Source: an uncultured Actinomycetes bacterium
GTDB lineage: Bacteria; Actinomycetota; Acidimicrobiia; Acidimicrobiales; JACCXE01
Assembly (NCBI GenBank): GCA_963769985.1
Contig: CAVYNR010000012.1
Location: 162,135-226,134, forward strand
Length of the DNA: 64,000 nucleotides
Reading direction: 5' to 3'
Shown here piece after piece: positions 26,709 to 36,898 of this stretch (position 1 is the first letter of the stretch; every line of letters begins with the position of its first letter). A model generated the notes under the pieces. The model saw only the letters and a list, made by a program, of their open reading frames with translations, had not been told where the DNA came from and did not search any database. The position numbers and the translations under genes are program-made.

Positions 26709-26741
26709 CGGAGTCAGTCACCGTAGTGACTGACTCCGATG
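26706..26741. promoter_or_regulatory. perfect 16+4+16 inverted repeat bracketed by the divergent start codons
   Basis: CATCGGAGTCAGTCAC (26706-26721), CGTA, GTGACTGACTCCGATG (26726-26741). The left CAT is the phoD ATG and the right ATG is the start of ORF 26739. Confidence 0.8.
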
Positions 26742-27590
26742 CGTTCTCAACGGCTCGTCGCCTCACGGTTCCTCGCTGGCCGAGCGGGGACCCCAACCTC
26801 GCTGGCTCGCCAATACCCCACGAATGCTTACGCCGTAGGCCAGAATCAATTCGTGCCGACCGACAACGCCGCCGCGTGGGACCGCCACTCCGCCGCGTAC
26901 CAGGCGGGCGCGCAGTTGCCAACCGATGTCGCCCATTACGGGCCTGACATCGGGACCGAAGCGGACTACCGCCTCCTCGGCGACCTGAAGGGCAAGCGGG
27001 TCTTGGAGTTGGGCTGCGGTGGCGCGCAGTGCTCGATCGCGTTCGCCAAGCAGGGCGCGGTGGCGATCGGCGTGGACTTTTCTTCCGAGCAACTGGCCTT
27101 CGCGCGACGGTTGTGCGACCGCGAAGACGTGAAGGTTGAACTGCACCACGGCGACGTGGCCGACCTCGCGTTCGTGCGAGCCGAGTCGATTGACCTCGTG
27201 TTCTCGGCGTACGCGTTCGGCTACGTCGAAGACCTCGGTCGCGTGTTCCGCCAGGTGCACCGCGTGTTGCGTCCTGGCGCGCCGCTCGTGTTCAGCCTCC
27301 CCCACCCGGCCTACGACATGATCGACGACGACAGCGACCAGCCGCTGTTGGTGCGGCGGTCGTACTTCGACACGACGCCGATCGACTACGAGTGGAATGG
27401 CATCGCGTTCACCGACTACCGCCACACGATCTCGGACATCTACATGGGGCTGCTGCGCTCGAACTATCGCGTCGACATGCTCATCGAGCCGGAACCGGTC
27501 AGCGGCGGTCCGCGCAGCCAGCACTGGCGCGAGACCTACAAGTACCTCCCGCGCACGCTGATCATTCGCGCCCGCAAGGAAGGGCTGTAA
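26739..27590 (+). CDS. class I SAM-dependent methyltransferase
   Basis: VLELGCGGAQCSIAFAKQGAVAIGVDFS (motif I), DLVFSAYAF, LRPGAPLVFS. Start uncertain (ATG 26739 in the palindrome or GTG 26853). Confidence 0.8.
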   Translation: MRSQRLVASRFLAGRAGTPTSLARQYPTNAYAVGQNQFVPTDNAAAWDRHSAAYQAGAQLPTDVAHYGPDIGTEADYRLLGDLKGKRVLELGCGGAQCSIAFAKQGAVAIGVDFSSEQLAFARRLCDREDVKVELHHGDVADLAFVRAESIDLVFSAYAFGYVEDLGRVFRQVHRVLRPGAPLVFSLPHPAYDMIDDDSDQPLLVRRSYFDTTPIDYEWNGIAFTDYRHTISDIYMGLLRSNYRVDMLIEPEPVSGGPRSQHWRETYKYLPRTLIIRARKEGL

Positions 27591-27690
27591 CTCTTCCCGG
27601 GCGGGCACCCCGCAGGCCCGCCCTCCTCCGCAACGTGGGGCCCCTCGCTTCGCTCGCCCCACGGCGGCCGTAACGAGCTAGAAGTACGCC

Positions 27691-28590
27691 ATGACTTCCG
27701 AGCTCAGCGCCGCGGCCCGACGCCTTGCGGCCGCCCTCGAACCCTTCGCCGGCCAGGTGTACTTCTCGCCCGAATGCCACGCCGAGTACGAAAAGCTCGG
27801 CTTCGCGGCCAGCCCTGGCGACTTCGGTACCGGGGTTGCGTTACCCGACGGCCCCGCCTACTTCACCAGTCGCGGCTCGGTCATGGGACAGGTGCCGGGC
27901 GAACTCATCGCGTCAGCGTTCGCGGTGTTCAATCCCGAGGCGGTCGTGCCGGCGGTCGATTTCGGTTGGAGCCTGACCGACGCGCCGACGATTTGCGACG
28001 CCCGGACGCGGGGCGCGACCGGCCAACTCGTCCGCATCCTCGGCGAGTCCCCCGACGGGCTCGATGCGGTGATGGGCTACCTCGAGCGCGCGTGCGCGCC
28101 GTTGCGTCCCGAGGGCCGACCGCTCTATGCCGGGCTGTTGTCCCTCGACATGCCCGCCGACGCGATGGGTCAGGCGTGGCACCTCGCCGACATGCTGCGC
28201 GAGTACCGCGGCGACGCGCACACCGCGTCGTGGACCTCCGCCGGTTTCGACGCCACCGAGATCGGGTTGCTGACCGAGTTGTACTGGGGCATGCCGATGG
28301 GCACGTACGTGCGCACGCGGGCATGGTCCAACGATCAGCTCGAAGCGGCCAAGGAGCGATTGCGGTCGCGCGGCGTGCTCGAGGGCGACGCGTTCAGCGA
28401 CACCGGCTACGAAACCCGCGACGCGGTGGAACGCAACACCGATGTGCAGATGCAGGGCGCAATCAACGCGCTCGGTGACGATCTCGCTGCGCTGTGCTCG
28501 ATCCTCGAGCCATGGGGAGCCGAGATCCGCGCCCAAGGCGGGTACCTGCCCGGCGGGCCACACGAACTGGCTAACGCGGCACGCGGGTAA
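27691..28590 (+). CDS. conserved hypothetical protein
   Basis: 299 aa uninterrupted ORF with ordinary composition (MTSELSAAARRLAAALEPFAGQVYFSPECHAEYEKLGF...). I do not recognise a characterised family with confidence. Confidence 0.55.
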   Translation: MTSELSAAARRLAAALEPFAGQVYFSPECHAEYEKLGFAASPGDFGTGVALPDGPAYFTSRGSVMGQVPGELIASAFAVFNPEAVVPAVDFGWSLTDAPTICDARTRGATGQLVRILGESPDGLDAVMGYLERACAPLRPEGRPLYAGLLSLDMPADAMGQAWHLADMLREYRGDAHTASWTSAGFDATEIGLLTELYWGMPMGTYVRTRAWSNDQLEAAKERLRSRGVLEGDAFSDTGYETRDAVERNTDVQMQGAINALGDDLAALCSILEPWGAEIRAQGGYLPGGPHELANAARG

Positions 28591-29543
28591 CCCATGTACT
28601 GAACGTGTGCGTGAACAGCGCCGGAACGCCGCCGGTGTGCACGAACACGATGGGACCGTCCGGCAGCGAACCGGCGCGGGCGCGTGTGACGAGGCCGGCG
28701 GCGGCCTTGCCGGTGTAGACCGGATCGAGCAACAGGCCCTCGCACGTCGCGAACAGATGCAGCGCTTCGCGCGCGGCGTCGGTGGGCGCGCCGTAGTCGT
28801 CGCCGAAGTGGTCGTGGTCGACCTGCACGTCGCCGATCGGGTCGTCGCGGCCCACGAGGGCGGCGGTGGCCGACGCCTCCTTCGGCACTATCTCGTCGAG
28901 GTCGGGACGCGTGCCCACGTCCACACCCCACACCAGCGCGTGGTCGCCGAGCCCGGCGACCAGCCCCGCATGTGTCCCGCCCGAGCCGTCGGCGGTGACG
29001 ACCAGGCCGGGTCGCGCCCCGAGTTGCTCGACGATCTCATCGGCGGCAATCACGTACCCGAGCGCCCCGATGGGCGTCGCGCCACCGATGGGTATTTGGT
29101 ACGGACGGCGACCTACAGCGCGCAGCTCGTCGCACACGGCGGAGATGCGTTCCTCCAGCGGGTAGTACTTCAGCGGCCCCGCCCACACGAAGTCGGGCGC
29201 CAGCACGTGGTCGAGCACGACGTTGCCACTGGCTTGGGAAGGTTCATTGCTCGACATCACAACCGTCGCGCGCAGACCGAGCCGGTTGGCCGCCGCGATC
29301 GTCATGCGCACGTGATTGCTTTGACGACCTCCGCCGGTGACGAGCGTGTCGGCGCCCTGCGCGATCGCGTCGGCACATAGGAACTCGAGCTTGCGCGCCT
29401 TGTTGCCCCCGCCTGCCAACCCCGTGCAGTCGTCGCGCTTGACGAACAGCTGTCGCGCGGCGAGGCCGAGCGCGGCGCCGAGCCGGTCGGCGGACTCGAG
29501 CGGCGTGGGCCGATGCGCCGAGCGCGATGGGTTCGATGGGCAC
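28571..29543 (-). pseudogene. PLP-dependent D-cysteine desulfhydrase / ACC deaminase family enzyme, frame change near the start
   Basis: PTPLESADRLGAALG..LFVKRDDCTGLAGGGNKARKLEFL...GGRQSNH...GGATPIGALGY...TADGSGGTHAGL. ATG 29543 (MPIEPIALGA) is one frame off the body. Junction near 29512. Confidence 0.75.
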
Positions 29544-29561
29544 GCAGCCAACGTAGGACCT

Positions 29562-30200
29562 GTGCTGGACTCACCGCTCGTGACCGCCGCCCTCGACAAC
29601 CTCGTTGCCGTCGTCAACCGCGCCCTCGCCGACGAGCTACTCACGACTGAGCGGGCACGCTGTGAGGTGATGCGCGACGCCATGGCGGCGCTGCTGGTGG
29701 ACGCCGAGCCCGTGCCCGCCTCGGCGCGTGCGTCCTTCGACGGCAACGCCGTGGGCAACCTGCTTTACGCCGATCCCGAGGGACGGTTCCATATCCTCGC
29801 GGTGGTCTTTCCCGAGGGAACGTCGTCAGGCGTGCACCACCACGGGTGTTGGGGCGTGATCGGTTACCTCCAGGGTGGCGACGAAGAGACCCGGTACGCC
29901 CGCGCCGACGGACAACCCACGGCGCCGCACAAGGATGACGACGTTGACGTCGTAGAGGTCAGCCGGCACGTGTGGACTCAGGGCGACATCACGTATTTGC
30001 TGCCCGACGAAGGCGACGGCTGGCACCGCGTGCGCAACCCGGGCCCGGGCGACGGCGTGAGCATCCACGTGCTGTGCATGACGCCGTCGGATCACCCGCA
30101 TCTGTTTTGGGATCGTTCGACGGGCCATGTGTTGGGCTATCCGTTCGTCGAAGTCGCGCCCGACCGATGGCAGTCGCATGTGGAAGGCGTCGACGCGTGA
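29562..30200 (+). CDS. cupin-fold protein resembling cysteine-dioxygenase-type (CDO-like) enzymes
   Basis: GTG 29562. FHILAVVFPEGTSSGVHHHGCWGVIGYLQGGDEE and WHRVRNPG...VSIHV give the cupin metal-binding motifs. Divergent from the desulfhydrase-like gene with an 18-bp spacer. Confidence 0.55.
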   Translation: MLDSPLVTAALDNLVAVVNRALADELLTTERARCEVMRDAMAALLVDAEPVPASARASFDGNAVGNLLYADPEGRFHILAVVFPEGTSSGVHHHGCWGVIGYLQGGDEETRYARADGQPTAPHKDDDVDVVEVSRHVWTQGDITYLLPDEGDGWHRVRNPGPGDGVSIHVLCMTPSDHPHLFWDRSTGHVLGYPFVEVAPDRWQSHVEGVDA

Positions 30201-31382
30201 GCCGCTGGCCCGACGGGTTCATGTGGGGCACCGGCGCTTCCTCAACCCAAGCCGAGGGCGCAGCCCCGGCGTCGGACTGGATCGCGTTCGAGCGCGAGGG
30301 CCGCGTGCCGACGTCGGGCGACGGCAACGGCTTCGGCACGCGCTACGCCGAAGACTTCACGCTGTTCGCGTCGCTCGGCTTAACCCATCACCGCCTGTCG
30401 ATGGAATGGGCGCGGCTCGAGCCCGAACCGGGGGTACATGACCGCGCCGCGATCGAGCACTACCGCACCATGCTGGAGGCGGCGTGGGACGCCGGGGTCA
30501 CACCGTGGATTTGCTTGCACCACTTCACGTTGCCGAAATGGTTCAGCGATGCGGGCGGCTTCACCGTCGAGTCGCACCGCACCACCGAGTGGGCGCGCCA
30601 CGTCGACTTCATGGCCGAGACGTTCGGCGATCTCGCCGGCGGTTGGAAGCCGGTCAACGAAACCAACTACTACCCCCTCGTCGCCGTCGGCATGGCCGGC
30701 GTGCAAGTCGACGACCTTGGCTTTTTCGCCGAGCAGGCCCACTTGATGACGGCGGAAGCGGCGGCGCGCTTGAAGCAGACCGGCAAGCCGGTGGCGTCGG
30801 TCTACGGACTCGCGACAGCCGAGCCCCAAGACGACACTGACGCAACGAAGGAAGCCATCCGACAACACAACGCGGTGCACTGGGACCCCTGGATCGGCCT
30901 TGTGCGCGACGGCGTGTTGCGTATCGAGGGTCGCGAAGCGCTTGAGCGGCCCGATCTCGCCGGCTGTTACGACATCATCGGGTTCTCCTACTACGCGTGC
31001 TTCGGATTCAAGGAGGGGCGGATGCACCGTCACCCCGACGGTGCGCCGGCGTCGCAGTCCGGGTACGCGATTTGGCCCGATGGGCTCGGCCGGGTCTTCG
31101 ACAAGCTCAACGACGAAATCCCGCGCGCTCCCCTGCTCATCAGCGAGTTGGGCATCGGGACCGACGACGACGAGGAACGCGGCGTCGTATCTCGAGGCCA
31201 CGATCGACATCGCGCACAAGGCGATGAACGCCGGCGCCGATCTGCGCGGCATCTTCCACTGGACCGGCGTCGACAATTACGAGTGGACCAATAGCGACAG
31301 GGTGCGATTCGGCATCATCGATCGCGACCGCAACATCAAAGGCCGCAGCGCGGAGGTCCTTCGGCACGCAACGTTGGGCTAG
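30197..31382 (+). pseudogene. glycoside hydrolase family 1 (beta-glucosidase-like), one frame change
   Basis: GTG 30197 (GTGA overlap). FMWGTGASSTQAEG, YAEDFTLFASLGLTHHRLSMEWARLEP, WKPVNETN (acid/base), LISELGIG (nucleophile). After ~31180 continues as YLEATIDIAHKAMNAGADLRGIFHWTGVDNYEW. Confidence 0.8.
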
Positions 31383-32752
31383 TCCCGCTCGTTCCACCAT
31401 GCGTCGAGACGCTTGCGGGCCTCGGCTTGGCCGAGCGGGCCGTGCTCGAGGCGCAGCTCCAACAAGAACGCCAGGGCTTCGCCGACGGCTTTGCTCGGCC
31501 CGATGCCGAGCTGCGCCATCACTTGGTCGCCGTCGAGGTCCGGACGAATGGAGTCGAGCTCCTCCTGGGTACGCAGGCGCGCGATTTCGGCCTCGAGTTC
31601 GTCCATCCGATCCTTGAGGCGCTTTGCCTTCGCCTCGTTGCGCGTTGTGCAGTCGGCGCGCGTCAGCGCATTGAGACGATCCAGCAGCGGTCCCGCGTCG
31701 CGCACGTAGCGGCGGATCGCGGAGTCGGTCCAGCCCATCGCGTAGGTGTGGAAGCGCAGGTGTAGTTCGACGAGCGTGACTACGGCCTCAAGGTCATCGG
31801 TCGGCCAGCGCAGTTCCGTAAGGCGTTTGCGCGCCATGCGCGCGCCGACCACCTCGTGATGATGGAACGACACGCCACGGGGACCGAACTGGCGCGTGGC
31901 CGGCTTACCTACGTCGTGGAGTAGCGCGGCCATGCGCAGGATGCGATCTGACGCGGTATTGGCCACGACGGCGATCGTGTGCGCGAGAACGTCCTTGTGC
32001 CGGTGAATCGGATCCTGCTCGACCGCGAGCGCCGGCAACTCCGGCAGGAACTGCTCGGCGAGTCCCGTCTGGCTGATGAACCACAACCCCGCGGTCGGGT
32101 CGTCGACAACGAGCAGCTTGTCGAGCTCGTCACGCACGCGCTCGGCCGACACGATCGACAAGCGCGGCGCCATCTGTTTCACCGCGTCGACCAGGTCGTC
32201 GTCGGGAACAAGGTGGTAGCCGGCGATGAACCGCGCCGCGCGCAACATGCGCAGCGGGTCGTCGCTGAAGGACTCTTCGGGCGCCAGGGGAGTGCGCAGC
32301 CGGCCGGCGGCGAGGTCCACGAGTCCGTCGTAGGGGTCGATGACCTCGGTGCCGGGCAGCTTCAAGGCCATCGCGTTCACGGTGAAGTCGCGACGCGACA
32401 GGTCAGCTTCGACGACGTCGGCGAACTTCACGTCGGGCTTGCGCGAGTCGGGTTGGTACGCCTCGGCGCGATGGGTGGTGATCTCGTAAAGGCGGCCGTC
32501 CTTGGACGCGCCGATCGTGCCGAATCGCTTTCCTTGGGTCCACAACGCGTCCGCCCAGCCCGAGAGCAACGACTCGGTCTCGTCGGGAAGCGCGTCGGTG
32601 GTGAAGTCGAGATCCTCGTTGTCGTCTAGCCGATTGACGATCGCGTCGCGCACGACGCCGCCCACGAGATACAGGTTGTGTCCGGCGGCCGCGAAACGCT
32701 CGGCCAAATCGGCCGTGCTCGCGACAAGGCCCTGTAGGCGATCCGGAATCAC
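31379..32752 (-). CDS. cca: CCA-adding tRNA nucleotidyltransferase with HD domain
   Basis: LYLVGGVVRDAIV, DLDFTT, RRDFTVNAMA, HDVGKP. 457 aa. Confidence 0.9.
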   Translation of the reverse strand: MIPDRLQGLVASTADLAERFAAAGHNLYLVGGVVRDAIVNRLDDNEDLDFTTDALPDETESLLSGWADALWTQGKRFGTIGASKDGRLYEITTHRAEAYQPDSRKPDVKFADVVEADLSRRDFTVNAMALKLPGTEVIDPYDGLVDLAAGRLRTPLAPEESFSDDPLRMLRAARFIAGYHLVPDDDLVDAVKQMAPRLSIVSAERVRDELDKLLVVDDPTAGLWFISQTGLAEQFLPELPALAVEQDPIHRHKDVLAHTIAVVANTASDRILRMAALLHDVGKPATRQFGPRGVSFHHHEVVGARMARKRLTELRWPTDDLEAVVTLVELHLRFHTYAMGWTDSAIRRYVRDAGPLLDRLNALTRADCTTRNEAKAKRLKDRMDELEAEIARLRTQEELDSIRPDLDGDQVMAQLGIGPSKAVGEALAFLLELRLEHGPLGQAEARKRLDAWWNERD

Positions 32753-32793
32753 TGGTCCACGGTAGTTGGGGTCATTTCAAGTGCAGGCTCCTA

Positions 32794-33525
32794 TTGTCAT
32801 GCGAAGTGACAACCGCGCTGGTGACCGACGGGGCCGAACGCGCACGCATTGGGCCGTGGCACGGCAACGCGAGCGTGGGGTGCGTGACGCCACAGCCCGG
32901 AGGGCCGCCGTTGTCGCCGCGGCTGGTCCAGCGGTGTCTTGAGCAGCTGCGGCGGCTCGGGTTTCGCGAGGCGATCACCGCGGCGATGCCGCTCAACGAG
33001 TCCGCTGGATTCGTCGCCGCCGGTTTTGCCGTGTCCGAGAGCTTGCACCTCCTCGAACGGACCGTGACCCCCGCTGACCGACGCCCGATCGCCATTCCCG
33101 ACGGCGTGGTGTTCCGGCGCGGTCGCCGCAGCGATCTCGACGATGTGCTCGACGTCGACGCCCGCAGTTTCGGCGATTTTTGGCGCCTCGATCGCGCCGG
33201 CGTCGACGACGCGCGTGGCGCAACCGCGCACGCACGGTTCCGCGTTGCGCTACGCGACGGGACAATCGTCGGTTACGCCATCACCGGGCGTCAGGGCCGC
33301 GCCGGCTATCTGCAACGGCTGGCCGTCGACCCTGGGCGGCGGCGCGACGGCATCGGTGGCGCCCTCGTCCACGACGCCGTGCACTGGCTGGCGCGCTGGC
33401 GCGGTCGGTCCGTGCTGGTGAACACGCAAGAGTCCAACGCGTCGGCGTTAGCCCTCTATGAGTCGTTGCACTTCCGGCGCAAGCCCGAGGGCCTGCACGT
33501 GCTCAGTGCGCCGCTGCCGCAGTGA
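32794..33525 (+). CDS. GNAT family N-acetyltransferase
   Basis: YLQRLAVDPGRRRDGIGGALV (acetyl-CoA motif A), NASALALYESLHFR. Start uncertain. Confidence 0.75.
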   Translation: MSCEVTTALVTDGAERARIGPWHGNASVGCVTPQPGGPPLSPRLVQRCLEQLRRLGFREAITAAMPLNESAGFVAAGFAVSESLHLLERTVTPADRRPIAIPDGVVFRRGRRSDLDDVLDVDARSFGDFWRLDRAGVDDARGATAHARFRVALRDGTIVGYAITGRQGRAGYLQRLAVDPGRRRDGIGGALVHDAVHWLARWRGRSVLVNTQESNASALALYESLHFRRKPEGLHVLSAPLPQ

Positions 33526-35458
33526 AACGCTCGCCGCGTCGACTCGTCATCGCGGCGGTCGTAGCCGTGCTTGTGTGTGCGCCGTTGCCGTCCGCGGTCG
33601 CCCAGCGGACGACCACCACGCGGGTGTCGTCGCTGGTCTTGACGAGCCAAACCGCGTGGGTCGGCGCCGGCGGCACGTTTTCGTTGCGGCTCGCGCCGCC
33701 GCCGCCTCAGACCGCCAACCCGTCCGACCTCGAGTTCGCGGTATCGGTGCATCCCGCGTCGCCGACGCGCTCCGCGTTCACGCGCACGCTTTCGGCGCGG
33801 CCGACTAGCGCGCCGCTGGCCGTAGTGACGACTCCCCTCGCCGACGCGCCGAGCGACGACACCGGCGCGATCACGATCGACGTCGGTGTCCAAGACCCGG
33901 CCTTGCCCCACGACCGCGCCCGGGTCGGGCTCCGCGGCGCCGGCGTGTATCCCGTGGTCGTCGAGTTGCGCTCGGTCGGCGGCGCCGTCCACGCCCGGGT
34001 CCTGACCCATCTCATCTTCCAGCCGGCCGCCCCCAACGGACCCAAGCTGGCCGTCGGCATGGTGGTGCCGATCCGGGCCCGCTTGTCGCTCCAGCCCGAC
34101 GGGACCGATCGCCTCACCGCCACGGATGCATCGGCGATCGCAGCGGTCGCGGCCACCCTGGCGACGCTGCCCACCGAGGGCGTGCTCGTGGATCCCTCCC
34201 CCGAGTCGCTGGCGGCGTTGCAGCGCGGCGAGCGGGTCGTAGACCGCGCCGCGGCTCGCGGCGGTCGGCGGGCTTGGCCTGACCCATCCGGTGATCGAGG
34301 AACCGTTCATTCCGACGCAATCGCCCGAGGCAACCGCAGACGATCGGGCGATGTCGCGCGCCCGCGGGCGCAGCATCACGGTCGAAGCATTCGGGGCCGC
34401 CCCCCTCGACGGCATCGCCGTGCTCGCCGACCCGAGCGATGACCGGCTCGAGTCCGACCTTCCCCCGCGGGTCATCGTCCGCGACAAGCTGTTGCAGGCC
34501 TCGACCCAGCGCGTGACGCCGGCGGAGCCGGTGGCGATTCGACGAGCCAGTACCAGGACCACCGTCGAAGGGTTGGTCGCCGACACCGGACTGGCGGACC
34601 ATTTCTCCAACGACGCGTCCCCCGTGCTCGCCGCCCACCACCTATTGGCCGACCTCGCCACGATCTACTTCGATAACCCCGGACGCACCCGTTCGATCGT
34701 CGTAGTTCCACCGGCGGACTGGCGCGCCAACGCGGCGGTGCTGGCGCCCGTTTTGGCCGGGATGTCGTCGAGCCCGATCCTCGAAGCGGCGTCGATCGAG
34801 CGACTCTTCCAAGGCGCGTCCCGAGCGACCGCCGCCCGCACCCGGATCCTCGCGTCGCCGCCGACGGCGCCAGATCCGCCGGCTGCGTTCGCCCCGGTGC
34901 ATCGCACGATCGGGTCGCTTGCCACGGTCATGGTCGAGAGCCCCGACGTGCTCGCGAGCTTCACCGACCGCCTGCTCATCGCGGCGTCATCGGCGTTCAA
35001 CGCCGCGCAGCGCACGCGGCTATGTCGAAGGCGTGGCCAGCGCCGTCAACGACGAGCGCCGCAAGTTCCTGTTGCCGAAGGGCGGTGCGCTCACGTTGAC
35101 GGCGCGCCGCGGTGGCATACCGATCACGGTTCGTTCGACCGCCGGCTACACCGCGCACGTACTGCTCCAGTTGGCGAGCGACCGGTTGAAGTTCCCTGGA
35201 GGTGCCACCAAGGAACTGACGCTGACGCGCCACGACACCACCACGCGCTTCACCGTGCAGTCCCAAGGGTCCGGCGCGATCCCGTTGCGGATCCTGTTGA
35301 AGTCGCCCGATGGCCGCGTCGTACTCGCGCAGTCGCGGCTCACGATCCGGTCCACCAACGTGTCGGGCGTCGGCATCGGGCTGTCCGTGGGCGCGTTGTT
35401 GTTCCTCCTCATTTGGTGGCGTCGCCACCACACGCGGCGCCGGGCGGCGCCCGTGTGA
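33522..35458 (+). pseudogene. large secreted, C-terminally anchored protein of the upstream-of-murJ (Rv3909-like) type, two frame changes
   Basis: GTG 33522 (GTGA overlap). Signal peptide MKRSPRRLVIAAVVAVLVCAPLPSAVA. Text continues in ORF 34291 frame (THPVIEEPFIP...FNAAQR), then ORF 34919 frame (YVEGVASAVNDERRKF...) ending in a TM helix GIGLSVGALLFLLIWW. Junctions ~34250 and ~35015. Confidence 0.6.
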
Positions 35459-36879
35459 CCGACGGATCCGACGCGGCGCCCGCGGAGCCGCCTCTAAACC
35501 TCGGCCGGCGCAGCTCGGTCATGGCGGCGGGCACCGTGTTGTCGCGCGCGACGGGCTTTGCCCGCGTGCTTGCCATTGGGTACGCGCTCGGGTTCAACCG
35601 CGTCTCGGACGCTTACAACCTCGCGAATACGTTGCCCAACATCGTCTACGAGCTCGTGCTCGGCGGCGTAGTGAGCGCCACGCTGGTGCCGCTGTTCGTC
35701 GGACTGTTCGAAGGCGACGACGAGGACCCGTGGCGCGGCGTCGCCGCCGTCACGTGGCTGGTGGTGTACGTGACGGTCGGCTTGAGCATCCTGTTCGCGC
35801 TGGCGGCGCCATTGCTCGCGGCGCCCTACGCCGCGCTCAACAACGCGTCGAGCGCCGACGCGCAGAAGGACTTGACCGTCGCGTTCATGCGTTACTTCGC
35901 CCCGCAGGTCGCGTTGCTCGCGGCGATGGCAGTGGGCTCGGCCATCCTGAACGCACGGCGCCGGTTCGCCGCGCCGATGTTCGCACCGGTGCTGAACAAC
36001 CTCGTCGTGATTACCGCGATCCTCCTCGCGCCGCAGTTCATTCGCGACGGCGGCTTGCGCGACTTGGATCTCGGGTCGGGCCTCGTGGTGCTGGGCGTTG
36101 GCACGACCCTGGGTTACCTCGCCCAGCTCGTCGGGCTCGTGCCGTCGTTGCGCGCTGTCGGCGCCCGCCTGCGCCCTGTGTGGGATCCGCACCACCCTGC
36201 GGTACGACGGGCGGCGCGCCTGTCGAGTTGGACCGTCGGGTTCGTCCTCGCCAATCAGGTGGCGTACTTGATCGTCGTCGCCCTCGCCAACAGGCGCGGC
36301 GGCGAGCTGTCGATGTACCAGGCCGCGTTTGCGTTCTTCCAGCTCCCGCACGCAGTGATCGCGGTCTCGATCACCAGCGCACTGCTGCCGGAAATGGCCG
36401 CCGCCGCGGCCCGGCGCGACCACGCAGCGTTCGTCGCCCACTTCCGTCGGGGCCTGCGCGTAATCGGTGCGCTCCTTGTGCCGGCGGCCGCCGTGGCCGT
36501 GGTGTTCGCCGAACCGCTGCTCCGAACCCTCATCGCGCACGGACGATTGAGCGACGCCGCCGTCGAGACGACGGCGCGTGCGCTGAGCGCGTTCGCGCTC
36601 GGGCTACCGGGCTTCTCCGCGTTCATTCTCTGCACCCGCGCCCTGCAAGCGCGTCAGGACACCCGCCGCGTTTTCTATCTCTATGTCTTCGAGAACGCGA
36701 TCAACATCGCTCTCGCGTTGGCGCTATATCCGTCGATGCACGTGGAGGGCCTCGCCCTCTCGTACGCGATCGCGTATACGACCAGCGCGGTGGTCGCCTA
36801 CGTCGTGGTCATGCGCACGAGCGACGAACCTGGAGCAGGACCGTTACGGTTGCGTGGCTCCGCGAGTCCAACTGCTTGA
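35455..36879 (+). CDS. murJ: lipid II flippase MurJ (MviN)
   Basis: GTG 35455 (GTGTGA overlap). MAAGTVLSRATGFARVLAIGYALGFNRVSDAYNLANTLPNIVYELVLGGVVSATLVPLF and a polytopic body. The 862-aa ORF in the track is this gene plus in-frame upstream sequence. Confidence 0.85.
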   Translation: MTDGSDAAPAEPPLNLGRRSSVMAAGTVLSRATGFARVLAIGYALGFNRVSDAYNLANTLPNIVYELVLGGVVSATLVPLFVGLFEGDDEDPWRGVAAVTWLVVYVTVGLSILFALAAPLLAAPYAALNNASSADAQKDLTVAFMRYFAPQVALLAAMAVGSAILNARRRFAAPMFAPVLNNLVVITAILLAPQFIRDGGLRDLDLGSGLVVLGVGTTLGYLAQLVGLVPSLRAVGARLRPVWDPHHPAVRRAARLSSWTVGFVLANQVAYLIVVALANRRGGELSMYQAAFAFFQLPHAVIAVSITSALLPEMAAAAARRDHAAFVAHFRRGLRVIGALLVPAAAVAVVFAEPLLRTLIAHGRLSDAAVETTARALSAFALGLPGFSAFILCTRALQARQDTRRVFYLYVFENAINIALALALYPSMHVEGLALSYAIAYTTSAVVAYVVVMRTSDEPGAGPLRLRGSASPTA

Positions 36880-36898
36880 GCCCCTTTTGGAGGAACAC

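Noticed and set aside
27598-27660. Two GC-rich hairpins (GGGCGGGC...GCCCGCCC and GTGGGGC...GCCCCAC) after the methyltransferase gene
   Set aside because: They are plausible transcript-end structures but lack a U-tract. Such hairpins are too common in GC-rich DNA to call a terminator with confidence.
33456-34661. 401-aa minus-strand ORF
   Set aside because: It is antisense to the Rv3909-like gene, has no recognisable motifs, and shows Arg/Gly-rich shadow-ORF composition.
34291-36879. 862-aa ORF suggesting a giant MurJ fusion protein
   Set aside because: The first ~390 codons are the middle segment of the frameshifted upstream (Rv3909-like) gene, which happens to be in the murJ frame with no intervening stop. 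murJ has its own GTG at 35455, overlapping the upstream stop. The Rv3909-like text leaves this frame near 35015.
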